32,000 bases of DNA from Pasteurella multocida (GCF_900187275.1 NZ_LT906458.1:450001-482000); one strand, 5' to 3'; counted from the first letter of the stretch, positions 1-9,702 are shown. The notes: generated from the sequence alone by a model not told the origin. A program made the numbers and translations.

Positions 1-668
1 ACTAATTGTTGCGTTAAGGTACTGCCACCTTGTACAGTATGACCTGCTTGAATATTGGTGATCATCGCACGTGCAATGCCGAGTAAACTGATCCCTTCAT
101 GTTGGTAAAAGCGACGATCTTCGGTAAGTAATAATGCATCGATTAATAAACGTGGATAGTTATGGAGTGGGATCGCTAAACGCTCTTCTTTCTCTGACTG
201 TAGCATAGCGATTAATTTTGGCGCTAAACGAAACTCAGGAATGGTACGTTGGTTGATTAAATCTTCAATTACTGCCAATTGATTGTGTTTAAAACGTAGG
301 CGAAAGACACGTTGTGCTTCTGGTTGTACAGGAAAGGGAAACGCGCGTCGTAGCAAAACGAGGGTATCACCTTCCACTTTAAAATCGCCAGGGGCTGCTA
401 CTAGGGTGGTTTGACGATAATCATTGTCTAATAAACGTTGTTTGACTTGTTCAAAGCTCAGTTGTTCTTCAAGACTGATACGTTCAATACGGCTATAGAC
501 TTCTGCGGGGAGTCGCCAGATCTGCCCATCCATTTTAGAGCGTATTTGCCAATCTAAATACAATCCATAAAACGCCAACATACAGATTAATGTAAAACTC
601 ACTTTGGCAAATAAGAGGAGCCAAGAAGATTTTTTTCGGCTTACATTGGTTTTGTTGGATTTTGGCAT
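1..668 (-). CDS. mrcB: Penicillin-binding protein 1B (glycosyltransferase/transpeptidase), N-terminal ~222 codons; the gene continues past the window start
   Basis: My own translation from the ATG at 668-666 gives [40 protein letters not shown]... (short cytoplasmic tail plus one TM helix). It continues ...[45 protein letters not shown], which carries GT51 transglycosylase motifs. It is absent from the ORF track because it runs off the window. Confidence 0.85.
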   Translation of the reverse strand, partial: MPKSNKTNVSRKKSSWLLLFAKVSFTLICMLAFYGLYLDWQIRSKMDGQIWRLPAEVYSRIERISLEEQLSFEQVKQRLLDNDYRQTTLVAAPGDFKVEGDTLVLLRRAFPFPVQPEAQRVFRLRFKHNQLAVIEDLINQRTIPEFRLAPKLIAMLQSEKEERLAIPLHNYPRLLIDALLLTEDRRFYQHEGISLLGIARAMITNIQAGHTVQGGSTLTQQL

Positions 669-696
669 ATGACCTACTCAAACTCGCGTAATTTCA

Positions 697-1053
697 TTAG
701 GATTGGATGAAAGCTAGTGCAGATTGTAAGAAATGGATAAAGTCATCTGTGCCACAAAAGGCAATACTTTCTTCATCGTAATAGTGGAAATCATCTTCAA
801 GCGGTTGGTCATGTTCAAGCATTAGATTATTAGCGCGAACCATGACTTCTTCTTGATTGATAAATACACTGTATTCTGTCCCAATGAGTGTGATGTCTTG
901 TTGTGCTTTGCCTGTTTGGAGTTGCTGAAGTACTGTTTGAATTTTGGCAGAATCTGACCGCACTTCGCTATTAAACCAGTTTGCAATGGCTTCATGTCCC
1001 ATAGAACATTTCGCCATTATCGAACCTAAATGAGATGTGAATTGGAAATCCAT
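697..1053 (-). CDS. yacL: UPF0231 family protein YacL (function unknown)
   Basis: From MDFQFTSHLG...SMGHEAIANWFNSEV...EEVMVRANNL...YYDEESIAFCGTDDFIHFL the protein aligns along its whole length with E. coli YacL as I remember it (SMGHEVVGHWFNEEV, GEEVMVRANQL, NYYDEESLSLCGVEDF). I moved the start to the ATG at 1053 (118 aa). The track ORF's first 10 codons overlap the erpA 3' end. Confidence 0.85.
   Translation of the reverse strand: MDFQFTSHLGSIMAKCSMGHEAIANWFNSEVRSDSAKIQTVLQQLQTGKAQQDITLIGTEYSVFINQEEVMVRANNLMLEHDQPLEDDFHYYDEESIAFCGTDDFIHFLQSALAFIQS
957..965 (-). repeat. Uptake signal sequence core (Hin-type USS, AAGTGCGGT)
   Basis: Exact ACCGCACTT on the + strand, inside yacL. Confidence 0.8.
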
Positions 1054-1054
1054 A

Positions 1055-1396
1055 TCAAATACTGAAAGATGAACCACAACCACAGGTAGTTGAGGCGTTT
1101 GGATTATTCACAACGAAACGAGAACCTTCTAAGCCCTCAGTATAGTCCACGGTTCCCCCAATTAAATATTGTAAACTCATGGGATCGATCACTAAGTGCA
1201 CGCCAGATTTCTCAATAGTTAAATCACCGTCGTTTACTTTTTCATCGAAAGTAAAACCATATTGGAAACCACTACACCCACCGCCGGTAATATAGACGCG
1301 TAATTTCAAATTCGGGTTTTCCTCTTCACTGATTAAGGCTTTTACTTTGTTGGCAGCCGCATCAGTAAAGATCAGTGGCACGGAAATCTCTGTCAT
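1055..1396 (-). CDS. erpA: Iron-sulfur cluster insertion protein ErpA (A-type carrier)
   Basis: 113 aa. It has the A-type carrier signature ([16 protein letters not shown]) and the C-terminal CGCGSSFSI cysteine ligands. Confidence 0.95.
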   Translation of the reverse strand: MTEISVPLIFTDAAANKVKALISEEENPNLKLRVYITGGGCSGFQYGFTFDEKVNDGDLTIEKSGVHLVIDPMSLQYLIGGTVDYTEGLEGSRFVVNNPNASTTCGCGSSFSI

Positions 1397-1431
1397 AATT
1401 TATCTCGCTATAATTTCAACTGAATTGACGT

Positions 1432-1460
1432 ATTATCTAATAACCGACTAATTCGTTCAA
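1432..1460 (-). promoter_or_regulatory. Candidate sigma70 promoter for erpA-yacL-mrcB
   Basis: The minus strand reads TTGAAC (1460-1455), a 17-nt spacer, then GATAAT (1437-1432), about 35 nt upstream of the erpA ATG. This is pattern match only. Confidence 0.3.
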
Positions 1461-1490
1461 GAATTTATCAAGGATTTTTATGTTGGATAA

Positions 1491-1499
1491 TGTTATAAT
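1491..1499 (+). promoter_or_regulatory. Candidate extended -10 promoter element for map
   Basis: TGTTATAAT (TGnTATAAT) lies 36 nt upstream of the map ATG. The -35 region is poor (AGGATT). This is pattern match only. Confidence 0.3.
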
Positions 1500-1534
1500 T
1501 CGCGAACGAATGCATTTTCTGGAGAAATTTTTTT

Positions 1535-2338
1535 ATGGCAATTCCATTAAGAACGGAAGACGAAATTGTGAAGTTACGTGAGGCATGTAAGTTAGCCTCA
1601 GATGTCTTAGTGATGATTGAACCTTATGTTAAAGCGGGCGTGAGTACAGGTGAGTTGGATCGTATTTGCCATGAGTATATGGTGAACGAACAAAAAACTA
1701 TTTCAGCTTGTTTAGGTTATCATGGCTTTCCAAAAGCGACCTGTATTTCTGTTAATGAAGTCGTTTGTCACGGCATTCCCAGTGACGACAAAATATTAAA
1801 GCATGGCGATATTGTTAATATTGATGTGACGGTGATTAAAGACGGTTATTTTGGCGATAATTCGAAGATGTATATTGTAGGTGAAACCAATGTGCGTAGC
1901 CAAAAATTATGCGAAGCAGCACAAGAAGCTCTCTATGTCGGATTACGTACAGTAAAACCGGGGATCCGTTTAAATGAGATTGGTCGAGCAATACAAACAT
2001 ACACCGAAAATCAAGGGTTTAGCGTAGTACGTGAATATTGTGGACATGGCATCGGTTCAGAATTCCACTGTGAGCCACAAGTGCTACATTACTACGCAGA
2101 CGATGGCGGTGTCATTTTACAACCGGGTATGGTGTTTACGATTGAACCGATGATTAATGCGGGGAAAAAAGAAGTGCGTTTAATGGGAGATGGCTGGACT
2201 GTTAAAACCAAAGATCGTAGCCATTCTGCGCAATATGAACATCAATTAGTCGTCACGGAAACGGGTTGTGAAGTGATGACTATTCGAGAAGAAGAGGTCG
2301 CCGCAGGACGCATTCAACGAATCATGGTGAATGTCTAA
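1535..2338 (+). CDS. map: Type I methionine aminopeptidase
   Basis: 267 aa with full-length similarity to E. coli Map. The metal-ligand context is conserved (VCHGIP, DIVNIDVT, GHGIG, FTIEP, QYEH). Confidence 0.97.
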   Translation: MAIPLRTEDEIVKLREACKLASDVLVMIEPYVKAGVSTGELDRICHEYMVNEQKTISACLGYHGFPKATCISVNEVVCHGIPSDDKILKHGDIVNIDVTVIKDGYFGDNSKMYIVGETNVRSQKLCEAAQEALYVGLRTVKPGIRLNEIGRAIQTYTENQGFSVVREYCGHGIGSEFHCEPQVLHYYADDGGVILQPGMVFTIEPMINAGKKEVRLMGDGWTVKTKDRSHSAQYEHQLVVTETGCEVMTIREEEVAAGRIQRIMVNV

Positions 2339-2350
2339 TACAAATTAAAT

Positions 2351-2379
2351 ATGGCTGAATTTTTTCAGCCATTTTTTTA
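2351..2379 (+). terminator. Rho-independent terminator after map
   Basis: The hairpin ATGGCTGAA / TTCAGCCAT (2351-2372) is followed by T7 (2373-2379), 20 nt before the glnD start. Confidence 0.6.
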
Positions 2380-2398
2380 TTGATATTGAGAGGGCATA

Positions 2399-4993
2399 AT
2401 GCTTTTTCCTTATTTTCCCTTAAGTGAGCTTGATGTCAGTGCAGTACGAACTCAGAAAGAAAATTTAAAGCAATTCGAGTTAACGCAATTTGCACACTAT
2501 GAAATCTATGATCTGATTACTAACCGTACGCAATTTTGTGATCATCTCTTGCGGGATCTTTGGCTACGATTTGGCTTAGTCAAGGATAACACACTCACCT
2601 TGATCGCGGTGGGGGGATATGGTCGTGAAGAAATGTTTCCTTTGTCCGATTTGGATTTCTTGATCTTAACAAGCGAGCAGGTAGAGGCGCAAACTGAACA
2701 AAAAATTCGTCAATTCGTGCAATTTTTATGGGATTGTGGTTTTGATGTTGGGCATGCGGTGCGGACCTTATCAGAGTGTGAACAAGCTGGACGTGACAAT
2801 ATTACGGTTGCAACGAACTTATTAGAAGCGCGTTATTTAGAGGGGAATTTCTCACAATTTCAGCAGTTGGACAACGTATTGCAAAAAGCTGATTTTTGGC
2901 CACGTGAGGCATTTTTCCAAGCCAAATATCAAGAGCGAGTTGAACGTTATCAACGTTATCATAATACTAGCTATAACTTAGAGCCTGATATTAAACACAG
3001 CCCAGGCGGATTACGTGATCTTCACTTGTTATATTGGATCGCCTTACGTCATACTGGGGCGAAAAATCTAACGGATATTTTGAATTCGGGCTTTATATAT
3101 CCTCAAGAATATGCGCAGTTACTGGAAAGTCAGCAATTTTTGTTTAAAGTGCGCTTTGCATTGCATTTAATTTTAAAACGTTATGACAACCGCTTGTTAT
3201 TTGAACGTCAAATTCGTGTCGCAGAGTTACTTGAATTTGTCGGACCGGGTAATCAAGGTGTGGAAAAAATGATGAAGTCATTTTTCCAAGCGCTACAAAC
3301 GATCTCCTTACTCAGTGATTTGCTAGTCAAACATTATCGCGAGCACTTTTTACAAACCAACGAACCCGTACAAGTTAGATTATTAGATAAGGAGTTCCAG
3401 TGTGTAAATAATGCCATTTGTTTACGCCAAGCAAATTTGTTTGTAGAACAACCCGAACAAATCCTAAGCTTATTTTTTCATTTAACGCAAGATCATCAGC
3501 TTGATATCCATTCTTCTACGTTACGTCAGTTACATCTTGCCCTTGAACAGCGCAGCGGTTATTTGTCTGAATTGCCGGCAGCAAGAGAGCGCTTCTTACG
3601 TTTATTCAATCAACCTGGTGCAATCGCGAGAGCACTGGTTCCTATGCATAAATACGGTGTATTAAAAGCCTACTTACCCCAGTGGCACCATATTGAAGGT
3701 TTAATGCAATTTGATTTATTTCATTGTTATACCGTAGATGAACATATTGTGCGAACTTTGCTGAAACTAGAATATTTTCTTGAGGCAGAAAGTGTGGTCC
3801 CCCATCCGATTTGTAGTCAGATTTTTTCGCGCTTAACCGACCGCACATTACTCTATATTGCAGCCTTATTCCATGATATTGCGAAAGGACGTGGCGGTGA
3901 TCATGCCGAATTAGGGGCTGTTGATGTTGCTCAGTTTGCGCAGCAACATGGTTTTGATCAACGCGAAATTCACACACTGACTTGGTTGGTTGAGCAGCAT
4001 CTACTCATGTCGGTTACTGCGCAACGGCGCGATATTCATGATCCCGAAGTAGTATTACATTTTGCGGAAGCCGTACAGAATAACGTACGTTTAGATTATT
4101 TAATCTGTTTAACGGTAGCGGATATTTGTGCGACAAATGAAACGTTATGGAACAGTTGGAAACGTACATTAATTGCTACCCTCTATCAATTTACCACGCA
4201 ACAATTTGCACAAGGTATGGATTGCCTCTTGGATCATGCGGAGAAAATTGAAAATCATCGTCAGCAAGCCTTGACATTATTAACGCAAAATAGCCTGTTA
4301 AGTGCGGTACAAATTGAAGAAATTTGGCAGCGCTGTCCTGAAGAGTACTTTTTACGTAATACCCCGAAACAAATTGCTTGGCATACAGAATTACTGGCAG
4401 ATAACCAAACAGAATTATTGGTTAAAATCAGTAATCGTTTTTCAGAAGGGGGAACCGAGATTTTTGTGTATTGCCAAGATCAACCGAACTTGTTTCATAA
4501 AGTGGTGACGACGATTGGCGCGAAGAAGTTCAGTATTCATGATGCACAAATCATCACCAGTCATGATGGTTATGTATTTGATAGTTTTATTATTACCGAA
4601 TTAGATGGCAAGTTAGTGAAATTTGATCGTCGTCGTAGCTTAGAAAAAGCCTTAATGCAGGCACTGAATACGAGCAAATTGCCAACATTTCGTGCGACTC
4701 ACAACCCTAAATTACAACATTTCCATGTCAAAACAGAGGTGCGCTTTTTAAAAGAACAGCGAACTGATCAAACGGAAATGGAATTGTTTGCTTTAGATCA
4801 GACTGGTTTACTTGCCAAAGTGAGTCAGGTGTTTAGTGAGTTAAAACTGAATTTGTTGAATGCCAAAATTACGACTATCGGCGAAAAGGCAGAGGATTTC
4901 TTTATTCTGACAAACAGTGAAGATCGCGCCTTAACGGCTGAACAGCGACAATGCCTAACACAGCGTTTACATGAAGTACTCGAACCAAAATAG
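2399..4993 (+). CDS. glnD: Bifunctional uridylyltransferase / uridylyl-removing enzyme (PII sensor)
   Basis: 864 aa. It has an N-terminal nucleotidyltransferase motif ([19 protein letters not shown]), a central HD domain ([11 protein letters not shown]) and two C-terminal ACT-like repeats. It sits next to map as in E. coli. Confidence 0.95.
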   Translation: MLFPYFPLSELDVSAVRTQKENLKQFELTQFAHYEIYDLITNRTQFCDHLLRDLWLRFGLVKDNTLTLIAVGGYGREEMFPLSDLDFLILTSEQVEAQTEQKIRQFVQFLWDCGFDVGHAVRTLSECEQAGRDNITVATNLLEARYLEGNFSQFQQLDNVLQKADFWPREAFFQAKYQERVERYQRYHNTSYNLEPDIKHSPGGLRDLHLLYWIALRHTGAKNLTDILNSGFIYPQEYAQLLESQQFLFKVRFALHLILKRYDNRLLFERQIRVAELLEFVGPGNQGVEKMMKSFFQALQTISLLSDLLVKHYREHFLQTNEPVQVRLLDKEFQCVNNAICLRQANLFVEQPEQILSLFFHLTQDHQLDIHSSTLRQLHLALEQRSGYLSELPAARERFLRLFNQPGAIARALVPMHKYGVLKAYLPQWHHIEGLMQFDLFHCYTVDEHIVRTLLKLEYFLEAESVVPHPICSQIFSRLTDRTLLYIAALFHDIAKGRGGDHAELGAVDVAQFAQQHGFDQREIHTLTWLVEQHLLMSVTAQRRDIHDPEVVLHFAEAVQNNVRLDYLICLTVADICATNETLWNSWKRTLIATLYQFTTQQFAQGMDCLLDHAEKIENHRQQALTLLTQNSLLSAVQIEEIWQRCPEEYFLRNTPKQIAWHTELLADNQTELLVKISNRFSEGGTEIFVYCQDQPNLFHKVVTTIGAKKFSIHDAQIITSHDGYVFDSFIITELDGKLVKFDRRRSLEKALMQALNTSKLPTFRATHNPKLQHFHVKTEVRFLKEQRTDQTEMELFALDQTGLLAKVSQVFSELKLNLLNAKITTIGEKAEDFFILTNSEDRALTAEQRQCLTQRLHEVLEPK
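4300..4308 (+). repeat. Uptake signal sequence core (AAGTGCGGT)
   Basis: Exact 9-mer inside glnD. Confidence 0.8.
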
Positions 4994-5061
4994 AAAACGT
5001 TTTCCAAAATGACCGCACGTTGAGAGAGGTGTTTATCAAGTGATGTATAAATCCCATGTAA

Positions 5062-5070
5062 AAGTGCGGT
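5062..5070 (+). repeat. Uptake signal sequence core (AAGTGCGGT)
   Basis: Exact 9-mer followed by CTGTTTTTT, in the convergent glnD/DMT intergenic region. An imperfect inverted copy ACCGCACGT lies at 5012-5020. Confidence 0.8.
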
Positions 5071-5087
5071 CTGTTTTTTAAGGTTAT

Positions 5088-5948
5088 CTATTTTTTCAAA
5101 TTGACAATCGCGACGGAGACAATAATTAATGCTCCACCGAGTAACATACGCAGACTCGGTTCTTCGTCTAGCCAAATCCACGCGATCGCAATGGCATATA
5201 CCGGTTCAAGAGAAATGATCATTGCAGCAGTGCGCGCATTGATCGTATCTAAGCTAGAAACAAATAGGGTATAAGCCAAGGTTGTGCAAAGTAAGCCAAT
5301 GCAAGCGATCCAAAACCAATCTTGCCAAGACACATCAGGTAACTGGTGTGCAGAAAAGGGCAACAGCATAATGGCGACCACTAAATATTGACACCAACTG
5401 GATTGTGAACCTGATATTGTGCTGACGTTTTTGCGATTGATGACCGCTAATATGCCATAACTGAGGGCGGAAAAAATGCCCCACAGTAATCCTTGTGTAG
5501 CTTGATGACCAAACTCAAAGGCTGGGGTAATCAAAATCAGCCCAAGCGAAATCGCGATCAGCAAAAAATATTCTTTTGTTTTTAACCGCTCTTTAAAGAA
5601 CAGCATTTCAAACAAAGCAACGAAGGCGGGGAAACTGGCAAAGCCTAAAGTACCAATCGCCACACCACCTATTTTTATCCCTTGGTAAAAACTCACCCAA
5701 TGTACACCTAATAACACCCCAGAAAGACACTGGCTGGCGATTTCACGCCCTAGCATGGGGATCAGTTTTTGCCGACGAAGTAAGAAAAAAAGTGAAAGCG
5801 CAGCAAAGGCAATTAAGACACGCCCTAAGACAATCATTTCTGCACCTGTGGTGGCTAATGCGCCAAAAACACCAGAGGCACCAAATAACACTGCGGTGCC
5901 GTGTACCTTAAGCAATGCTAAGCTGTAATTATCCTTAATTATCGCCAT
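5088..5948 (-). CDS. DMT superfamily (EamA-like) transporter, substrate unknown
   Basis: 286 aa with about 10 predicted TM helices arranged as two EamA-type halves. It starts 9 nt after the hemL stop and has an AAGGCAG RBS, so it is probably co-transcribed with hemL. Confidence 0.8.
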   Translation of the reverse strand: MAIIKDNYSLALLKVHGTAVLFGASGVFGALATTGAEMIVLGRVLIAFAALSLFFLLRRQKLIPMLGREIASQCLSGVLLGVHWVSFYQGIKIGGVAIGTLGFASFPAFVALFEMLFFKERLKTKEYFLLIAISLGLILITPAFEFGHQATQGLLWGIFSALSYGILAVINRKNVSTISGSQSSWCQYLVVAIMLLPFSAHQLPDVSWQDWFWIACIGLLCTTLAYTLFVSSLDTINARTAAMIISLEPVYAIAIAWIWLDEEPSLRMLLGGALIIVSVAIVNLKK

Positions 5949-5957
5949 ACACTGCCT

Positions 5958-7241
5958 TTAAGCTAACTGAGAGAAAACTTGATCGGCAGCTTGCAAAGTG
6001 CGCTCAATATCTTGATCAGAATGGGCGAGTGACATAAAGCCTGCTTCAAACGCCGAAGGGGCAAGATAAATACCTTGTGCTAACATGGCATGGAAAAAAC
6101 GGTTGAATTTTTCTGTATCACAAGCCATCACCGCTTGATAAGAAGAAACAGTTTTTTGTTCAGTAAAGAAAATGCCAAACATCCCACCAACATAATTCAC
6201 TACAAACGGGACATGATGTTTGTCTGCTAAGGCTTTTAAGCCAAGTGCTAATTTCTCGGTCTGTTGGGCTAAACATTGTGCATTTCCCGCTTTTTTCAAC
6301 TCCGTAAGGCAAGCAAGACCGGCTGCCATGGCAATCGGGTTGCCTGATAATGTTCCCGCTTGATAAACCGGACCTAGCGGAGCAATGTGTTGCATAATGG
6401 CTTTTTTACCGCCAAATGCACCAACAGGCATCCCGCCGCCAATCACTTTGCCTAAACAAGTTAAGTCCGGCGTGACGCCATAATAAGTCTGTGCACCACC
6501 TAATGCGACACGGAAACCAGTCATCACTTCATCAATAATAAAGACTGCACCATATTGATCACAGAGTGCACGTAAGCCTTGTAAAAAGCCCTCTTGAGGT
6601 GGAATACAGTTCATGTTACCGGCCACAGGCTCGACAATCAGACAAGCAATTTCATTAGGATATTGTTCAAAAGCGTGCTTGACTGAATCTAGGTCATTAT
6701 ATGTACAGGTTAAAGTATGTTTGGCAAAATCTGTAGGTACACCGGGTGAGCTTGGTTGCCCTAAAGTTAGCGCACCCGAGCCAGCTTTTACTAGCAAAGA
6801 ATCAGCATGACCATGGTAACAGCCTTCAAATTTAATGATTTTATCTCGTTTAGTGTATCCACGAGCTAAGCGAATAGCCGACATAGTCGCTTCTGTCCCA
6901 GAACTGACCATACGTACCATGTCTATTGAGGGGACTAATGAACAAACTAATTCTGCTAATTCAATTTCTAACGCAGTTGGTGCGCCAAAACTTAACCCAT
7001 TTTGAGCGGTGCTGATGACCGCATCTAAGATGGTAGGGTGGTTATGCCCTAAAATCATCGGTCCCCAAGATCCCACATAATCAATATATTGATTGCCTTC
7101 AGTATCATAAAGATAAGCACCTTGGGCTTTTTCGATAAAAATCGGCGTGCCACCTACTCCCTTAAAGGCACGTACTGGTGAATTTACACCGCCGGGAATT
7201 CGATGTTGTGCACGTTGAAAAAGAGATAAAGAGGTTGTCAT
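5958..7241 (-). CDS. hemL: Glutamate-1-semialdehyde 2,1-aminomutase
   Basis: 427 aa with full-length similarity to HemL, including [22 protein letters not shown] and the PLP-lysine context [12 protein letters not shown]. Confidence 0.97.
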   Translation of the reverse strand: MTTSLSLFQRAQHRIPGGVNSPVRAFKGVGGTPIFIEKAQGAYLYDTEGNQYIDYVGSWGPMILGHNHPTILDAVISTAQNGLSFGAPTALEIELAELVCSLVPSIDMVRMVSSGTEATMSAIRLARGYTKRDKIIKFEGCYHGHADSLLVKAGSGALTLGQPSSPGVPTDFAKHTLTCTYNDLDSVKHAFEQYPNEIACLIVEPVAGNMNCIPPQEGFLQGLRALCDQYGAVFIIDEVMTGFRVALGGAQTYYGVTPDLTCLGKVIGGGMPVGAFGGKKAIMQHIAPLGPVYQAGTLSGNPIAMAAGLACLTELKKAGNAQCLAQQTEKLALGLKALADKHHVPFVVNYVGGMFGIFFTEQKTVSSYQAVMACDTEKFNRFFHAMLAQGIYLAPSAFEAGFMSLAHSDQDIERTLQAADQVFSQLA

Positions 7242-7373
7242 AATCGTATCCTAATTTTGTGATAGAAATGAGCACCATTCTACTGTAAAAAAGCGGAAAT
7301 AGATAAAAATATTTATGGAACAAAAAATGCTTTGTGGTATTCTTCGAGCATTCAAATTCAAAGGGAAATTCCA

Positions 7374-8447
7374 ATGCTATTGAGTTTAATTGTGACATTT
7401 TTGGGGGCATTTCTGACATTATTATTTATGCGCCCGATTGCCCAAAAAATAGGTTTAGTTGATAAACCGAATTTTCGTAAGCGCCATCAGGGTGCGATTC
7501 CTCTAATTGGTGGTGTGTCGTTGTTTGTTGGGAATCTCTGCTTCTATTTATTAGAGTGGGAACAAATGCGCTTACCAACACTTTATTTATTTAGTATTTT
7601 TGTGTTGCTTGTGATCGGTATGATTGATGACCGTTTTGACATCAGCCCTTTTTTGCGTGCCGGTATTCAAGCAATATTAGCTATATTAATGATTGATCTC
7701 GGTAATCTTTATTTAGATCATTTGGGGCAAATTCTCGGTCCATTTCAGCTGACACTTGGATCCATTGGCTTAATTATTACAGTGCTAGCCACTATAGCTG
7801 CAATTAATGCCTTTAATATGATTGATGGGATTGATGGTTTACTAGGCGGATTATCGAGTGTGGCTTTTGTGTCTATTGGCATTTTATTAATTAAGGATAA
7901 TCAGCTTGACTTGGCTTATTGGAGCTTTGCCTTAATTATTGCTATTCTGCCTTATTTTATGATGAATTTAGGCATTCCTTTTGGGCAGAAATTTAAAGTA
8001 TTTATGGGCGATGCGGGCAGTACTTTAATTGGCTTTACGATTATTTGGATTTTACTGCTCAGTACGCAAGGTAAAGGGCATCCAATGAATCCTGTGACAG
8101 CATTATGGATAATCGCGATCCCACTTATTGATATGATTGCGATTATGTATCGCCGTTTACGTAAAGGCAAAAGCCCATTCCGTCCAGACCGTTTACATGT
8201 ACATCATTTAATGATGCGTGCCGGTTTAACATCTCGTCAAGCTTTCTTATTAATTACTTTCGCAGCGGCAATTTGTGCCACGATTGGTATTTTAGGGGAG
8301 ATTTTTTATATTAATGAATGGCTGATGTTTGCCGGATTTATTCTATTATTTTTTATGTATTCTTATTCAATTACACGTGCGTGGCGTATTACACGTTGGA
8401 TTAGACGAATGAGAAGACGCGCAAAACGTATTCATAATAAGGGTTAA
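7374..8447 (+). CDS. wecA: Undecaprenyl-phosphate alpha-N-acetylglucosaminyl-1-phosphate transferase
   Basis: It aligns with E. coli WecA along its whole length (KVGLVDKPNFRKRHQG.IPL.GG, DDRFDIS, NAFNM.DGIDGLLGG, VFMGDAGSTLIGF, RRLRKG.SPF.PDR.H.HH). I moved the start to the ATG at 7374. The track start at 7332 is a TTG with no homologous N-terminus. Confidence 0.93.
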   Translation: MLLSLIVTFLGAFLTLLFMRPIAQKIGLVDKPNFRKRHQGAIPLIGGVSLFVGNLCFYLLEWEQMRLPTLYLFSIFVLLVIGMIDDRFDISPFLRAGIQAILAILMIDLGNLYLDHLGQILGPFQLTLGSIGLIITVLATIAAINAFNMIDGIDGLLGGLSSVAFVSIGILLIKDNQLDLAYWSFALIIAILPYFMMNLGIPFGQKFKVFMGDAGSTLIGFTIIWILLLSTQGKGHPMNPVTALWIIAIPLIDMIAIMYRRLRKGKSPFRPDRLHVHHLMMRAGLTSRQAFLLITFAAAICATIGILGEIFYINEWLMFAGFILLFFMYSYSITRAWRITRWIRRMRRRAKRIHNKG

Positions 8448-8452
8448 ACAGC

Positions 8453-9286
8453 ATGACGCAAGTAGAAAATACACAAAAAACACACCGCACTTTTCTAAGC
8501 TCAATCAGTATAATATTGGGGACTACGTTGCTTGGCGCGATAGTGGCTTATGGTGGCAGTTACTTAAAAAGTAAAACTTGGCTTGCAGAAGCACATGTGA
8601 GCGCGCCAGATATCGCGTTACTTGGTAATTATTATGCATTATCTTCGACTTACCAATTTATCAAAAATAAAGAGAATCAACACCAAGAGACAGAAATAGT
8701 TTATCAAGAATTTTTGAAACAACTGATGTCAGAAGAAATGATTCGCCGTTTTTGGGAAAATACAGAGTATTATAAACAAAAGCAAACAGGGGAAGATCAC
8801 ATTGATCTTGCATTATTAGAAAAGTTAACCAAAGCTATTAAATTTAAATCAGCACAAACGCTTGATGTGGCGGATAGTGTGAGTCTAACACTCGAGAATC
8901 CGAAATTAGCCACAGAATTACTTTCTTCTTTTATTGATCAGGTTAACGTTGAAACACGTAAAATTGTTTATAGTAATCTAATTAGCCAATGGAAAGTTTT
9001 ATTCGAACAAGTAAAGAAAGCGACAGAATTTAACTTAGGTAAGAATGCTCAATCAGCATTGGTATCAGAAGATTGGAACGGGAAACTACAAATGATGCGC
9101 TCGGTTTCACCTTTAGATGAACAATTCAGTGCATATCGTTATTTAAAAAAACCAACACAGCCGATTATGCAAAGTTCGCCTAATCGTAAATGTTGGGCTA
9201 GCGTGGGGGCATTGATTGGCTTTATCTTGTCTTTTTTCATGTTATCGCTATTTAATTCCCGTAAAAAATTAATTAATACCCTTTAA
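8453..9286 (+). CDS. wzzE: Polysaccharide co-polymerase (ECA chain-length modulator WzzE-like), shortened form
   Basis: 277 aa with one N-terminal and one C-terminal TM helix. The blocks LLGNYYA, YQEFLKQL...RRFWENTEYYKQK, ALLEKL and F.AYRYLKKP..P...SPNRK match E. coli WzzE (LGGYYS, YKEFVMQL...REFWLQTDYYKQR, ALLDEM, FQTYRYLRTPEEPVKRDSPRR). It sits directly after wecA as in E. coli. It is about 70 aa shorter in the central periplasmic region. Confidence 0.8.
   Translation: MTQVENTQKTHRTFLSSISIILGTTLLGAIVAYGGSYLKSKTWLAEAHVSAPDIALLGNYYALSSTYQFIKNKENQHQETEIVYQEFLKQLMSEEMIRRFWENTEYYKQKQTGEDHIDLALLEKLTKAIKFKSAQTLDVADSVSLTLENPKLATELLSSFIDQVNVETRKIVYSNLISQWKVLFEQVKKATEFNLGKNAQSALVSEDWNGKLQMMRSVSPLDEQFSAYRYLKKPTQPIMQSSPNRKCWASVGALIGFILSFFMLSLFNSRKKLINTL
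8484..8492 (-). repeat. Uptake signal sequence core (AAGTGCGGT)
   Basis: Exact ACCGCACTT inside the 5' end of wzzE. Confidence 0.8.
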
Positions 9287-9372
9287 ATCAATAAAAAACA
9301 GGCGTATATTTACTACTTTATGTCCAATTTGAACAAAAAACTATCTAATAACTTTTTTTTTCAAAAAAGTAC

Positions 9373-9401
9373 TAGACAAGTTTATGTGAAGTCATTAATA
9401 T
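9373..9401 (+). promoter_or_regulatory. Candidate stringent-type promoter for the tRNA-rrn transcription unit
   Basis: TAGACA (9373-9378), a 17-nt spacer, then TAATAT (9396-9401). A GC-rich discriminator ACGCCCCGC follows, and an A/T tract (T9CA6) that resembles an UP element precedes it. Confidence 0.5.
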
Positions 9402-9423
9402 ACGCCCCGCAACGACGCGATGA

Positions 9424-9500
<77 letters not shown>

Positions 9501-9534
9501 GAGAGTCAATGTGATGTAAACTGAATAAATCAAT

Positions 9535-9611
9535 GGTGGCTATAGCTCAGTTGGTAGAGCCCCGGATTGTGATTCCGGTTGTCGTGGGTTCAAGTCCCAT
9601 TAGCCACCCCA
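9535..9611 (+). tRNA. hisR: tRNA-His (anticodon GTG)
   Basis: 77 nt with the His-specific extra 5' G(-1). The anticodon loop is TTGTGAT and the CCA end is encoded. It is near-identical to E. coli hisR. Confidence 0.95.
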
Positions 9612-9625
9612 AATTTTTTTACAGT

Positions 9626-9702
9626 CGGCGAGTAGCGCAGCTTGGTAGCGCAACTGGTTTGGGACCAGTGGGTCGTAGGTTCAAATCCTATCTCGCCGAC
9701 CA
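9626..9702 (+). tRNA. proM: tRNA-Pro (anticodon TGG)
   Basis: 77 nt reading CGGCGAG...CTCGCCG-A-CCA with anticodon loop TTTGGGA. It is near-identical to E. coli proM. Confidence 0.95.

Noticed and set aside
4994-5005. Palindrome GAAAACGTTTTC as a PurR-type operator (central AAACGTTT)
   Set aside because: It lies downstream of two convergent genes, so it cannot act as a promoter operator there. It also deviates from the GCAAACGTTTGC core at the positions I recall as important. I keep it only as part of the repeated-motif finding.
4825-5181. 118-aa minus-strand ORF bridging the glnD 3' end and the DMT gene 3' end
   Set aside because: It runs antisense to the well-supported glnD C-terminus, is out of frame with the DMT gene, and crosses the intergenic USS. 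It is a chance frame.
3642-8170. Antisense or alternate-frame ORFs nested in glnD, hemL and wecA (3642-3977, 4302-4508, 6613-6810, 7162-7419, 7952-8170)
   Set aside because: Each is fully contained in, or overlaps, a gene with strong full-length homology, and none has recognisable homology itself.
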